Assembly: GCA_964234715.1 (NCBI GenBank)
Contig: OZ174278.1
From: Podarcis melisellensis
Taxonomy: Eukaryota
DNA: 64,000 nt
Reading direction: 5' to 3' (one strand)
In this document: positions 1 through 12,791 of the stretch, one piece after another
How the letters are laid out: every line of letters starts with the position of its first letter
Numbering within the stretch: position 1 is the stretch's first letter
Position numbers and translations under genes: made by a program
Notes under the pieces: generated by a model
The model's input: the letters and a program-made list of their open reading frames with translations, nothing else
What the model was told of the DNA's origin: nothing
Databases searched by the model: none

Positions 1-2265
1 TTAATGGTGCTTTTTCCTTACACTAAAACCTGAATAACTGATTTATTCTCTTCTGTTCATGTGCATTGTCCATCAGTAATGAGGACCCTAAATCCTGAAA
101 GTGCCACAAGTTAATTAACAAGATTATTTTTCCAAACGTGTATTTAAGATTTAAATATATGTGCTTTCACTTATACATTAGCAAGCCAGAGACCTAAGCA
201 GCAAAGAAGCTCCACATGCAAAGTACTACGTTAAGGTGTAAAGATACAGATTAAATAGTTTTGGGTGCACTTGTTATGTTTTCTTTGGGCAGCAGGTGCA
301 GTCCAAATGAACCTTTCCATTGTTTGGATGTGTTGGAGCTGGTGGTGTAGGAATGGGAAAGTTCAGGACCAAAAGTTGCCTCTTAGCATAGCCACATTCT
401 GGACAGTGGCAATTTTGCGTCTTGGGTGCAAGTGTAAGTTTTTAGGCATGAAAGCAAAAGCACTAGTTGCTAGCAAAAAAACGTCAAAGCTAAACTGACA
501 CATTTTCAAGTGATCCATTCTACAATCTTTGGAGGGAATTGTTTCTTTTCTTAAAAAAAAATATCAGTAGAAACACCTGTCAGCTCACAACCTGGTTCCC
601 TTTTCCACCGTTACCATCATTGCCACCACCATCAGATTTTTCTCTGTATCCCTTTTGCTGAAATTGGAATGCTGTAAAGGAACAGAATAATGGAGTGGGA
701 ACTATATTAGAAAAGGCAAGCAAGGACAAATAACCCCTTCAAATCTTGAATGTAACAGGGTTTCATCAAAGGTCACTCTGGTCCTCCCAGATATGTCCCC
801 CACATTATCTTTTTTTCTGCTGCCAATGCTGCCTGTAGCTGGAAGGAGTTTTGATTTCCACATCTCTGAAATGAATTGGACATAAGAACGTGTTGGATCC
901 AGTCTGCCTTGTCCTTTGAGATGCCTCAGATTGCTGGAATGTACCCAAAATTGGCAGCAAAAAGTAGCTCCTATGTGGATAAATGACATAGCTTACTCCC
1001 TGCTATAAAATCTCCTGCAAAAGATTATTTTTGGTAAATAAAGAGGGCTTGGTGTAATCTTAACATGAAATTGCCTGATTTGAAAGTTTGATGTGTATTT
1101 CTAAGTATGTGCACTTAGGAGCCAAAGGGAATGTACATGCTCAAATGGTTTCCATGTGTGTCTCATGTGACTTTGTCTTCACTCTTACAGAATATTTGTG
1201 TTTGATCACTTGGGAAATAACATTAAGCATTGGAAAGTCAAAGGATTTTAGGTCTTTATAGGACACTTAATATCAAGGCCTTTTCATTAAGTGCAATGAA
1301 AATCTAAAACAATGGTCTCTGAAGCTGCAGCACATTCTGCACTTGGTGTAAATTCTACAATACGCTTGACAACGTTGTCCCTTAAATGTAGATTGGGTTT
1401 TAAATGTTTCAGCATGTTGATAAATGTAATGACAAAAGCAATTTGGAATATTGGTTTGTGTCAGAACTTCTGTACATGTGAACTTGGTAGTAGGATATGT
1501 AAAACTCCACTTCTTAGCCTTATAACTTGCACAGGCACAGTGTAGCTTGGACCGTATTTGGCAAACCAAGGCTTTACCCTGCTAGCACAGGGGACAGCCT
1601 TGTTCTCTTACAATGTATTCTGCTTATTTCCATGAGCTTAGCTTTCAGAGGAAAGTGGGAGGGGAGAGCTTGCAGGGGGCAGGTGTTTGGCAGGCTGAAT
1701 AAACTGTATTTTTCCTAGGGAGCCAATAGAATGGACACAGACCTAGGGTGTTAAGTGTGTGATAACATTGGGTTTCAAAGATATGAGTTAAGTGCCAAAT
1801 ACTAACCCCTTTTTCCAAACAAATGATGAAACAGCAAACCATAAAAGAACCTGGAAATCACTTGTTTCTTGAGCTGCCTTCATATGTGTTTGGCTGATGC
1901 TTTGTTAGACAATGTGTGATGGGCAGTTTCAACTACAGTTTCTGGGGGGTATATAGGACATTAAATTATTTTTGTGAGATTATAATTACAGTTGCAATTT
2001 TGTAAAATGTACTTCTTCTTTTTTCTACAAAACAGAATTAAATTAACTGTTCACTTTTTGTGAATGGGTTCTTGTGATTTTCCCCCCTATATATTGTGAC
2101 ACCTTCAAATTTAAATGGGCACATGGAAAGTATGTAACAGCAACACTGGCTGGTTTTGCACTGCTGAGAATACATGTGACTTAAAATGACCTAAATCTTG
2201 TTTGCAATTATGTTTGCAATGGAAGCCACGAATAAATTTAAAATGAAATCTGATTCAAGTGTGTA
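1..2265 (+). other. Probable terminal part of the 3' UTR of an upstream plus-strand gene (possibly GK, by vertebrate GK-TAB3 synteny)
   Basis: About 2.2 kb of U-rich sequence with no recognisable repeat or coding exon, ending in AATAAA (2231-2236) followed by a GT-rich (GTTT)n tract. The identity is inferred from remembered synteny only, not from sequence. Confidence 0.4.
2231..2236 (+). terminator. Polyadenylation signal of the upstream gene
   Basis: AATAAA with a GU-rich downstream element about 40 nt later. Confidence 0.5.
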
Positions 2266-2276
2266 AATGCTTTACT

Positions 2277-2311
2277 GTTTGTTTGTTTGTTTGTTTGTTT
2301 GTTTGTTTGTT
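2277..2311. repeat. (GTTT)n microsatellite
   Basis: Tandem GTTT, directly visible. Confidence 0.95.
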
Positions 2312-2378
2312 GGTGGGAAACAAGCAAATTCTCCTTCACAAAATCTCATCCTGGGATTCTGTTTTTCTTGCCTTAAAG

Positions 2379-2619
2379 CACGGGTAAGCAAATTAAGGCC
2401 CAGGTGCTGGATCTGGCCCAATCGTCTTCTAAATCCGGCCCACAGAATGTCATGTTTTTACATGAGTAGAATGTGTGCTTTTATTTAAAATGCATCTCTG
2501 GGTTATTTGTGGGGCATAGGAATTCGTTCATTATTTTTTTCAAAATATAGTCTGTCCCCCCCACAAGGTCTGAGGAACAGTGAACCGGCTCCCTGCTAAG
2601 AAAAGTTTGCTGACCCCTG
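2379..2619. mobile_element. Non-autonomous hAT DNA transposon (MITE)
   Basis: Imperfect TIRs CACGGGTAAGCAAAT / AGTTTGCTGACCCCTG; 8-bp TSD CCTTAAAG at 2371-2378 and 2620-2627. Confidence 0.85.
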
Positions 2620-5600
2620 CCTTAAAGTAACATGGCATGTTAACTTGTAAATCAATTTTGTTTGTTTGTTTTCTTACCTAGCATTTCCAGAACTAAGATG
2701 GCAGCATGCCACCTCCGGTACATCAGAGTGTAGTAGCCATTCACTCCCCGCCCTCCAGTATATGATATGTCTTGCATATCTAGTTCAATAAGTTATAAAT
2801 CAAAGAATTATAGCAGCACCATTAACATATTTTTAAAATAAGAAATATATTTGCTTGAATTGTTGCATTTCTATCTTAATAAGTTATTGGAACACTTCCA
2901 GTCAGTTACTGACTGGTGGTATTTAAAGTACAATCTTAATGCCTATTTTCTTGGGTGTAAGTTTTATTGTATCCAGTGGTAATTGCTCCATATTAAGTGT
3001 CTTTTGTTGGTCAAGTATATAACCTATAAGTCTGGTTAAACCCCATGGAGCTCACCTCTGAGTAAACATGTGCGGCATTGTGCTGTTAAACTATAAACCA
3101 CTATAGTACTGGCAAGTGTGCAAGCTCTTCTCTATATTTTATTTGTTTCGCTTCCAAACCACAACTCTTGAAATTCTCTTGAAATTGCACTTGAAATTCT
3201 CCACAGGGATAGTATCGTCACCTCAAAGTGAGGATTACAGACTTCAAAGAAATCGGCAAAAAACAGTTAAAACGGAAAGGTTCGTGAAATGGTAGGAGAT
3301 GGTTTCATGGGCAAAGGATAGCCTAGCTGCTATATGCCCCTTGTCTTTTCAAAAGTGTCTGACTGTTCCTGTTTTACAGCTGGGTAAGAACCGGCATGAA
3401 TAATAAGAAACCGGTATTTAAATAATAAGAAAACTTGAACATCACAAGCTTTGATGGAGATAGGAAACAGATTCCCAGTCTTGACTGCTAGCTTGTTTTT
3501 TGGCTTTTGTGCTACAAGCCTGTGGTGAGCAGGTGCACTTACTGATAAGACTCTATGGATTCTCTTTGTTTTGATTTATGACTCTTTGTTGAGGTGGTGG
3601 TAGTTTTCTTCCTACTTGGCGTGTACCAAACAGGGTTTAATAAAACTGCATATATGACTTAGTTTTCCAGAGTGGAGTGGGGAGGGGGGAACTAGAAAAT
3701 TTGTCACCAAACCTTTCAAGCTATTAAGGAAATACTTTTGTTGTTAAAACTCCTATTTGATCAGCTGTGGAATTAGTCTTCTGAGGCTCACATAGCACAT
3801 GTTGTTATTTGAACAAACTGTGTTTTGCACAAAATCATTTGCACAGATGTTTATTTCTAGTAGCTGCAACTGTGCTTTGCTTCCTTGATAGCATTTTCTA
3901 GTACTGCTTGAATTAGCCCTGAGTAAATGTCATAAGCAACTTTTCTCTTTTCATGTAAATGAACATGTGCACAAACTATTCCAGAATATAATGAGCCTTG
4001 GTTGCTCTGCAAGTTCTTTTTTTAATTTTGTTTTGAAAGACCCAACACATTATATTTTCTGCATGAAAGAATTGAGTTTTATAAGCAGCATTGTGTAAGC
4101 TGGAAATTACCAGATGTTTATAATTAAGATGAAAAAAAACATTTATATTTTCCATGTAAAACCTAATTAAATGCCTTGCCATCAGAAGCTCTCTCACTGT
4201 ACTTCAGAAGCAGTGTATGAAATCTGATTCCCCTGACTGCTCTCCCAACACCCAGGCTTGTCTTTTAGCTAAAAAGGGGCAGGTGTCTCATAAAATAATT
4301 AAAAATTGGTACATCACCATTTGGCTCAAAAAGAATAAAATACAATTGCCAGCTGTTTAAACACATTAAGAATAAAATGCCAAGATTCAATTTCTCTTAG
4401 TGGCCAGTTCCAGTTTCTTACAAATATACTCTTAAAAATGCTCAAAAATCAGCATAATGGGAGCAGGTACCTTTAGCTGAGTTAGATAGCTCTTCAGTGT
4501 TTCATCTGGAAGATTCTACTTTTTTTAAAAAAAAAGAAGACCAGCTTCTGTTGGAGTAATAGTGTTTGGTACTTTTAAAAACAAGTTTTTATCTTTTCAA
4601 CTCTGCTGTATTAGAGAACCCTAGATCTCAAGCCTTCGTCTATTCATAATAGTAACTGGTTATTCCCCCCCCCCCCACTTTCCTGTCCCCTGTCGCCCCC
4701 TCCACCCCTAAGCTATTTCATAAAAACAATTGCTCATATTAAATTCAGGTCTGCATCCGTTCAAAAGCAGCTAGAGGAAATATGAAAATGAAGTAGGGAG
4801 AAAGAAAATGGAGCATGGTTAGATGGAAGCTTGTAATAATGCCTTATTCTATGCTGCTTTCTACTTGCTAAAACTTCTGCACACACCTGAATTCTCTGGG
4901 AATGGTATTGTTACATGCCACCACAAGCAGTGCACAATTCCAGGTATCCAGGTGCTTACCCATGGTTCATATTTCCTTTGGAAATGAGGCACAGTGGTGT
5001 CTTTATGATACATGGTTTATTTACACATATATACAATCTGAGCCTATGATTGAGGGGTTCAAAGCATTACACTCCAATAGGTTCTTGCTTCTCCTAAGGT
5101 GGTAGCCCAGGATTCAAACTCTGAGCCCACATTGTGCCCTGACCTCATATTGTCGCTGCAGACTGAAACCTCTTTTCCCTAGCTCACATCAGGCGGAAAT
5201 ATAATCCTAAACCTATTACTACTGGCCTTTGTCACTGCTAACTAACACAGAGCTCAGGAAGGGGTGAATCTCACAGTGAGATCAAGTTAATTAAGAATGC
5301 TTAACTTTGGCTGAAGTGCATTCAAATAGTTTCTTAGAAATATGGACATGTAAAGGTTTATACTTGAGACACAGATATGGCTGGATTCTATATCTCAACA
5401 GAAAAAAACATTATTATTCTAAGCAGATTCTATATTTGTTCTTAGGAATCATTTTAAACACTGCAGAACTACATGCAAAAAATGTATGACTCCCAAAACC
5501 AGAAGAAAGTTCTAATTGCATGTATTTATCAAATTACCAAGTAATTGTACTGCTGCATGAGTTTTAATTAAAATACCATTTCTCTGCATAAAAATATAAA

Positions 5601-7039
5601 GGATTAAGTGGGACCTTATAATTAAATCTCTATGGAGTAATTGTAATAGAAAATGCCAATGTTTAACTTGCATTAATTGTTTAATACAGCTTGGCCTCAC
5701 CTTCTTGGCAAAGTTAGTTGATGGAGAAGGAACATTATTTAGGAGTGGCATAAAGAAAAATAATGCTGCAACTGAAGCTTCTTTCTGAAGGAATAGCTAT
5801 TATTCATTCACTTCACACTGAGCAACTGATTAACAAAATATATTACCCCTGTTTTGAGAGAAATGAAGGTAATGTGCTCTCAGCAGTAGGCAGCTGCTGT
5901 ACTGTAATAATAATAAACTTGAACATGGTGATATCATTGACTGCAAGTTATTTACAGATGTGATGAAATGAATTATTGTAGAGAACTGAAACTTGACAAA
6001 TCCTCTTCATTTCTGAATTAAACAAATGTGGGTATGAGATGTGAAATTCAAGGGAGAGGAAGGAAAGAAGGCAAGGTACAACTGGTGGTCCATAGTAAAC
6101 CAGTGCTCTGACTTTCAAGCAAATGGATCTATATAATCAGTCTACATGTTAGAAAATTTATTAGCTTTATTGCATTTATGGAAGGTCACCACATATGCTG
6201 CCAGCTGAGTCATAAGATGTTTATCCACCATGAGTGGCCTTAGAAGCCAGTTAAATTGTCTGTCAAATTCCAAAGGACTTGGAACACAATTTAATACAAC
6301 ATTAACGTCTGCAAATCTCAAGGTGTCCTAAACCATATTTATGTCACTGATGAGCTCTGAACAAAAGATTGTGACTTTAAAACAGGACCAAATCATTTGA
6401 CAGAGCATAAATGACAGTGCTAGTGAGCCTTTTCTTAGGAAGACATCATGGAGACCAATAAGCTTCAGAACCAAAGTGTATTGACTGCCTTTCAGTTCAG
6501 GCATCCTGGGCAGGTTCCATTTTCATTTACAGATTGTGTGTGTCCTTACTGATGCAAAATAATAAATGAGTCAGCACTGTATATCCTCACTGCTAAAAAT
6601 ACATTCAAAGTTACCCATCTGACCTCATTTCAGGTGGTGTTTTGGAGTAGGGGGAAAGTCAAGCCAAATCTGCTAATCTGCTTCTATAACGCTACTAAGG
6701 AAAATGAAACTTGGTCAATGAAGAAAACAAATCAAATATATTGGCCAATCACGAAATGATGCCATGACAAGAATTCAAACAATAAGACTGGATAAAAACA
6801 CCTAATGTACAAATAATCTCAGTAATTGCAGGACTAAACCATTCTTGGGTCATATGTGTGGAAGGGAAGGCATTTGAGTAAACGGTTTCTGAAATCCATT
6901 TTTACGCAAAGGATGTGACTGTTCTCCTTAACGTTGGGTTGTATTTTTTAAATTTTTGCTTGGTAACCTTATGAGGGCGCTTAAGACTATGCAAAGAGAC
7001 TTTTCCTCCGAATAACCTCTGCAGAAGCATCACTCCGGT

Positions 7040-7900
7040 GATGCGTTTCCTCGTGTGAGAGAAAGCTAACAAAAAAACAAAAACCCAACCACCGCCATTG
7101 GGGCAGTAGCTGTTTTTGTGAAGAGCAGCGAGGAGCTTTTGTGAAAAGCCGGCGAAGCGGGCATTATTATTAGCTTGGCCCCCGGCCATCCCGAGGGAGC
7201 GCGTGCGAGCAGGGAGGCGCAGGCTGCGTCGCCACAGCAGGTGAACAAGCCGCCTCGGCCTTTCCTTCCAGCCAAGGGGAACTGGGGGCTAAGCCATGAT
7301 GCTTTCAAAAAGCCGCCAGCCTGAGCAGCGAGCAAAGCAAGCGCCGACCTGCTTTTGTCCTTCGGTATAGCAGCAGCTCGGCACCGGCCCTGGTCTTTCC
7401 TCCTCCTCCCCGGGCGTCAGGCCGCGCGCGCCGCAAAAGGCGCATCAAAATGGGGAGAGTTGGAGGAAAATCAGAGGGTGAGTAGAGAGGGTCGCCGCCG
7501 GGAGCCTCCAAGAGTAAAAAAAGGCGGGAAGGGAGAAGGTGGCGGAGAAATGGGGAAACCGACAGAACAATCCTCGGCTTGTTTACTGGGAAGGAAGGGG
7601 GCGTTTTCGGAGGGGCTTTGCTCCCGTGTAAATGGAGACGAGATTGCAGGCTCGGGCTTCCGCGCTCTGCCTCGCTAGCTAATTCGCGTGTTGCTCTCAG
7701 ACGCGGCAGGACTGGATGCGGTAGGAAAACCAGCCCAGCGAGAGGAAATAGCCCTTCCCCTCACTCGAAAGCTGCAGCTCCCCGCGAGGAGGGGGCGAAA
7801 CAGGTCGGCGACTCCCCTGCGATCCTTGCCGAAGCATTGATGGCGCAGGGAGTTATGGGGTGGGAACGGAGTGGAGGGTTTAATGCGGCAGCAATAGCGA
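7040..7900 (+). promoter_or_regulatory. CpG island; probable promoter and first exon of the plus-strand CAP-Gly gene
   Basis: Sharp GC and CpG enrichment in an AT-rich background, not TE-like. Contains a Kozak-type ATG (caaaATGG, 7450) and a consensus donor AGG|GTGAGT after 7477. CCAAT box near 6745. Confidence 0.75.
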
Positions 7901-9269
7901 ACGAGAATGGTCACGGTGATTTCCTCTGCGTCTAGCAGCTTCATACCTGGTTGCATTGAGGGTATTAGTATTATTATACTCCTCTTCCAGGTTGTATTTG
8001 ATGCAGTGATTATAATGAAAGCCTCTTCGGGTCCCCTAAACACATTATCCACAAGGTGGCTCCTTGCATTTTGTATCTCTCTTAAAAAAAAGAAAAAAAA
8101 GTTGTGCGAACATCCTAGCAAGTTAAAAACCGTGTAGCCAGCAGGATTGACAACACAGTATTCAAATGCACCTGCCAGCGTAATAACTTTGAGCTGCAAA
8201 GAAATGGTAGCTCTTAAATAAAGTGGGGTTTGGGGTGTATGTATTTTTAGGGATGTTGAAATTTTGGTTTGGCTGCTGAGTTTCCCTCTTGTTGGGGTGG
8301 CACTTAGGGTGTTTAGAAGGATGTTTCTCTGCTATTGCTGAATGGTTCTGAGCCCAAATGGAGTAATTGGAGTTCTTGATGTTAAAGGAGAACATAAATA
8401 CAGCAGGCGTTGTGGAAACCTGGTAGATTGAAGTGTGGTAGTATGGTCATCTCTAGATAAAAATGCTATATAGCAGTGGCGACTTAACTTTTTTCGGCTT
8501 GAAAGCCGCATTCACTGTATGCCAGCCCTCTGAGGGCCACATGGCACTGGTGGGCATGGCCAAAGCAAAAGTGGGTGTTGTTAAAGCAGGCATTGCCACC
8601 CCACCCACCCCACCCATCTCACAAACAGCACATGCACTCGCCACAGATACCACACACAGAGAGATCTGAGGGGGCATTCAAAAGGCTTTCCTCCCTGCCC
8701 AGTGCGCACTACCCCTTCTTGCAAGGGGGGGTATACTGGGTTAGAGAGGTGAGGGACTTTTATCCAGGGGGGGTGGTGGCTGCAAGGATTGCCAGTAAAC
8801 GGGGTCAAGGATGACCAACCATCGCAATGGCTTAGTGTGCCTGATCTGGGTTGCAGATTTGCTATGTCTGCTTTACAAGAAGGATAGGGGAGGGAGTGGT
8901 GTCACTCTATAGTTCAAGGATATAGTGTCAAGCAAATTGAGAGGAATCTCAGTTTTACTTTACCTTTACCCTGTTTTTCATGTAATTATCTCCTAAAACA
9001 TCTCACATCAATTAGAAAACAGACAGGCGCAGTGCCATCAGGCTTACAAAGAAGCACAAGAGAAGTGAAAAGCAAAGGTAGAGGAGATGTATCAGTTCTT
9101 TGAGGCCAAAACAAAGAGATGAGCAGGCATTTATATCCATTGGGGCCAGGATGATCTTTCCTTGAAGGCATCATTGCTTGAGTTGGCAGCTCTTTTTTTC
9201 TTTTCTTTTTTGACCAGCTGATGGAGCCAGCACACCCTTTCCCCCATGCTTCTGCACAAACATGTAACT

Positions 9270-9740
9270 AAAATGATTAAGGGGCCGGATGGAGCAAAGA
9301 GCAGCTCCTCTTTGCAGAATGGTTACAAAGTTTGGGCTTTTTAGATTAGAAAATATTAAAGCAATGTATAAAATCAGGCACTATCTGGAAATCCATTCGC
9401 ATAATTATAGAATCTGATATTATCCAATGGTTCCAGATGCTGGAAGATTCAGGACAAGACCCAAGGAAGTACATCATTGCATAGCACGTAATTAAGCTAT
9501 GGACATAGCGATGCCACCAACTAGGATGACTTTAACAGGGGATTAGACAAATTCGTGGACTATATACTGCATCCGGTATCAAAAGCAGTATGCCTCTAAA
9601 ATACCAGTTACTGAGGAACACCAGCAGGCGAGTGCTATTGTACGTATGTGCTGCTGGTGGGCTTCTCATAGGTCATTTTAGGAAGACAACACTAGGCTGA
9701 ACGGGCGTCTAGTCTGATCCTACTGGATTCTTCTTCTGTC
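9270..9740 (+). mobile_element. Decayed CR1 LINE 3' fragment
   Basis: CR1-like 3' motifs (ggaagattcaggac..., ggattagacaaattcgtgg, tctgatcc...ttcttcttct), similar to the other CR1 copies in the window. Confidence 0.65.
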
Positions 9741-12551
9741 TGAACAAAATAGAGTGAAACATAAAAAAGTATATATAGACATCTGTTCACAGTTTGGGAA
9801 TGACATTGCTGGCTGACATTTATTGGGTGTGTGGGTGTTTGTGTTTGTGTAAAGCTAATAAATAGTCTTTTCCCTCTTATTTTGATTCTCCAAAGTAGAT
9901 TTTGGAAGGAAATTTCAGAAAGCCATTTTTATTCTCTTAAATACATAAAGAATTCTACAAATAACCCATACCTTCCTAATTGCCCTCTGCTATCCAGTGC
10001 CATTATAATCAATGTGAGTTTTGTTTGTTAATTAATTAATTTCTATACTGCCCTCCATCTGAGTATACAGGATGGTTTACAATATAAAAACACAAAAATA
10101 CATGTTGACCACCCAGGGAAGTATTCACACAGCCATTGATGCCTGTAAAGCTGTGCCTTGATTCTGATTTCATGGCACCCTGGATTTCAAAATATGTTGA
10201 ATGTCATATTTGTCCATGATTTATGATGTCTTAACAAGTTTGTATGGTTTCTGACTAGATTTACAGTAAGCTTCTTTATCAGTTTCTGTCAAATTGTGAT
10301 GTGAATTTAAAATTCAATATGGGAATTACGAAAAGTGATTAAGGAAAGCAGTCCCAAGCCAGTACCAAATAATGTGGCAAACTTCTGGTGAGAGACAATT
10401 CTGATGAGCTTATTACTATTCTTAGCCCTGATTAGCCCACAGTAATAATCCACTAGCACCAATTGAACTCTTCCAGTAAAACCTTCTGTATGGGTGTTGA
10501 TGCCAAAGCATATTACAGTAAACGGGATTTTCAGCATTCCTTTCTATGCATAGGTGCTAACTCCCAGGGGTCAAGGTCCCTTCAGCCCCCCCCTGCCCCG
10601 AAATATTTGAGGAGGCCAGGGCCTCACAAATTTGATAGGCATTGCCATTCAAATGGTGTGCATGCACTGTGTCCTGTGGTTGATTATGCAAGGTGATGCT
10701 TACCTGCCCCCCCCGTCCCCCAATATTTTATTTCTGTGGGATGATGTTTGCTTGTTATTAAGAAGTCTGAAAAAGACCTCCTACACAGTTTTGAATAATT
10801 AAACATTACTGCTACCACACTAATTTAGAAGCCTTTTCGGCTGCAATAATAGAAATAAACAGCCTGAAATCCAGGTCACTAAATAATCAATATGACTTTT
10901 TAAACTTTGGACAGCGCTGCACACACAAGCTGCATCTCCAACCTTCTCTTTTAGATGTCTGAAGAGGTCTGTTTTGTTATAAAGCTACTCATGGCCAGAG
11001 CTCTGCCTTATCAGGGATTCCAGTCACGGGGAAGTTTCTAAGTGTGTTCAACCAAAAATGCTTGGAAATCCTTGCATGCAAGCTTCAGCCTCCCACCTGC
11101 AATCTAAGGCATTGCATGTTCACATTCTAATATCTGCTTCAATATCTGAAGCAATATGTGGATATACTTAAAAAACTAGATGAGATTTTGATTTTAAGAA
11201 AGGTTTCAGAGGTAATAAATGTTTCAGAGGCTTTAAATGCTGGGAGGCTTTAAATCAATAATGGGAGAGACAGCAAAATAATTCTATAGCTGTCAAGTTG
11301 ATGGTCAAATGCTCTATGCAAAGGGACCACAAACTGCTCATTGGAGAACTAAAAATTGCTTTAAAAATGTTTATATTGGGGAAAATGAAAGCAAAAGGAA
11401 GAAAATAAACATTCAGGTAACCTCCTGTATAACTATTCCAGTGAAATGAAAATTCTGTGCACTGTTTAAAGGAAAAGCGCTTCAGATTGCGTAGCAACAA
11501 TCATCTACCAGTAATTTCTCCCTCTTATGTACAGAGTGGATATATCTGTACACTATATAGTGGTTTCTGGAAAGTGAACATCTTCCAGCTCAGTACATTT
11601 TTCATATCCTGTTAAATAAGTTCTATTTTTAAACTTTCATTAAGCAAATCTATAATCCACTCGCATTCATATCTCCACAGAATAAAGCATAAAAAGAAAT
11701 ATGAATATGTGTAGGCAGCTGCCTTAGGTACTGTAACTAGGGATAATGCCTTTGTTTGCCTCAGAATTAAGAAAGTAAGACCCAGGCCCCTAAATCCAGA
11801 TTTATCTTTTTTCTTGGTGAATTCTTCTCCAATATGTGTGCTGCTTTGTTGGAGAAGGTTTCAGTGTGTAAATATTAATTGATGACTTGAATAATTTACT
11901 GAACATATGGCAAGCCTATGGGCATACTGAGAATTACCTGATCCATTGCATTGTTCAATATGTGCGGCATATGAAATTGAGCTGTCAGATATTGTTTAAT
12001 TAACCTTCACTTCCTTTTTTCACTTCAAAACATATTTATCCCTCAGGCCTTTGGTTCTGTTACAGTTTTGTCACCTCCTGACTTCATTTTATGTGTTTTT
12101 TTTCCTTATTCTTCTCTTGTGTCATACATCACTGCAGATAGACGAGCATTGTGGTACAACCAGCTTCTGCAGGTGCAACCTTTTAGATTACACAGAAGTC
12201 TTTGTCAGTAAGAATGGAAAGAAGGTTAATTCTCAATATGTATATTGCATATCTGCTGCTTTTAGATGATGTGAATAATAAATATACCCAAATTCCTTCT
12301 CCTGGTTATAACAAGATCCCAATTGTCCAGAAAGTTTCATTTTGCATGGAGAGAAAAAACACATTTTATATCATTGTTCTTTTTCTTTACAAACCTCTCA
12401 TTAAGGGCTTTCACTGTGTTAATTTATATCTGAGGAAGCTTTTAAATTTTCCTTCTCTCATTCATGTTCTGAAAGCATACAGTTGAATCCTATAGATGCC
12501 TTCTACTCACAGATAAGTCCCTTGGAGTTTAATGGGACTTTCTTACATATA

Positions 12552-12791
12552 CAGTCATACCTCGGGTTAAAGTCGCTTCAGGTTGAGTGTTTTCAGGTTG
12601 CGTTCCAAGGCGACCCAGAAGTAACGGAATGGGTCGCTTCCGGGTTTTACCACTCGCGCATGCGCTCAAAATGACGTCATGCGCAGAAGCGGTGAATCGC
12701 GACCTGCGCACGTGCAGACGTGGGTTGCGTTCTGCTCAGGATGCGAACGGGGCTCCGGAACACATCCCGTTCGCATCCAGAGGTACCACTG
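12552..12791. mobile_element. Tc1/mariner (Tigger/pogo-like) MITE
   Basis: TA-flanked; TIRs CAGTCATACCTCGG / GAGGTACCACTG; CpG-rich, hairpin-forming interior. Confidence 0.8.

Noticed and set aside
6902-8199. Cluster of overlapping 70-174 aa ORFs
   Set aside because: A by-product of the GC-rich CpG island; no domain or coding signature.
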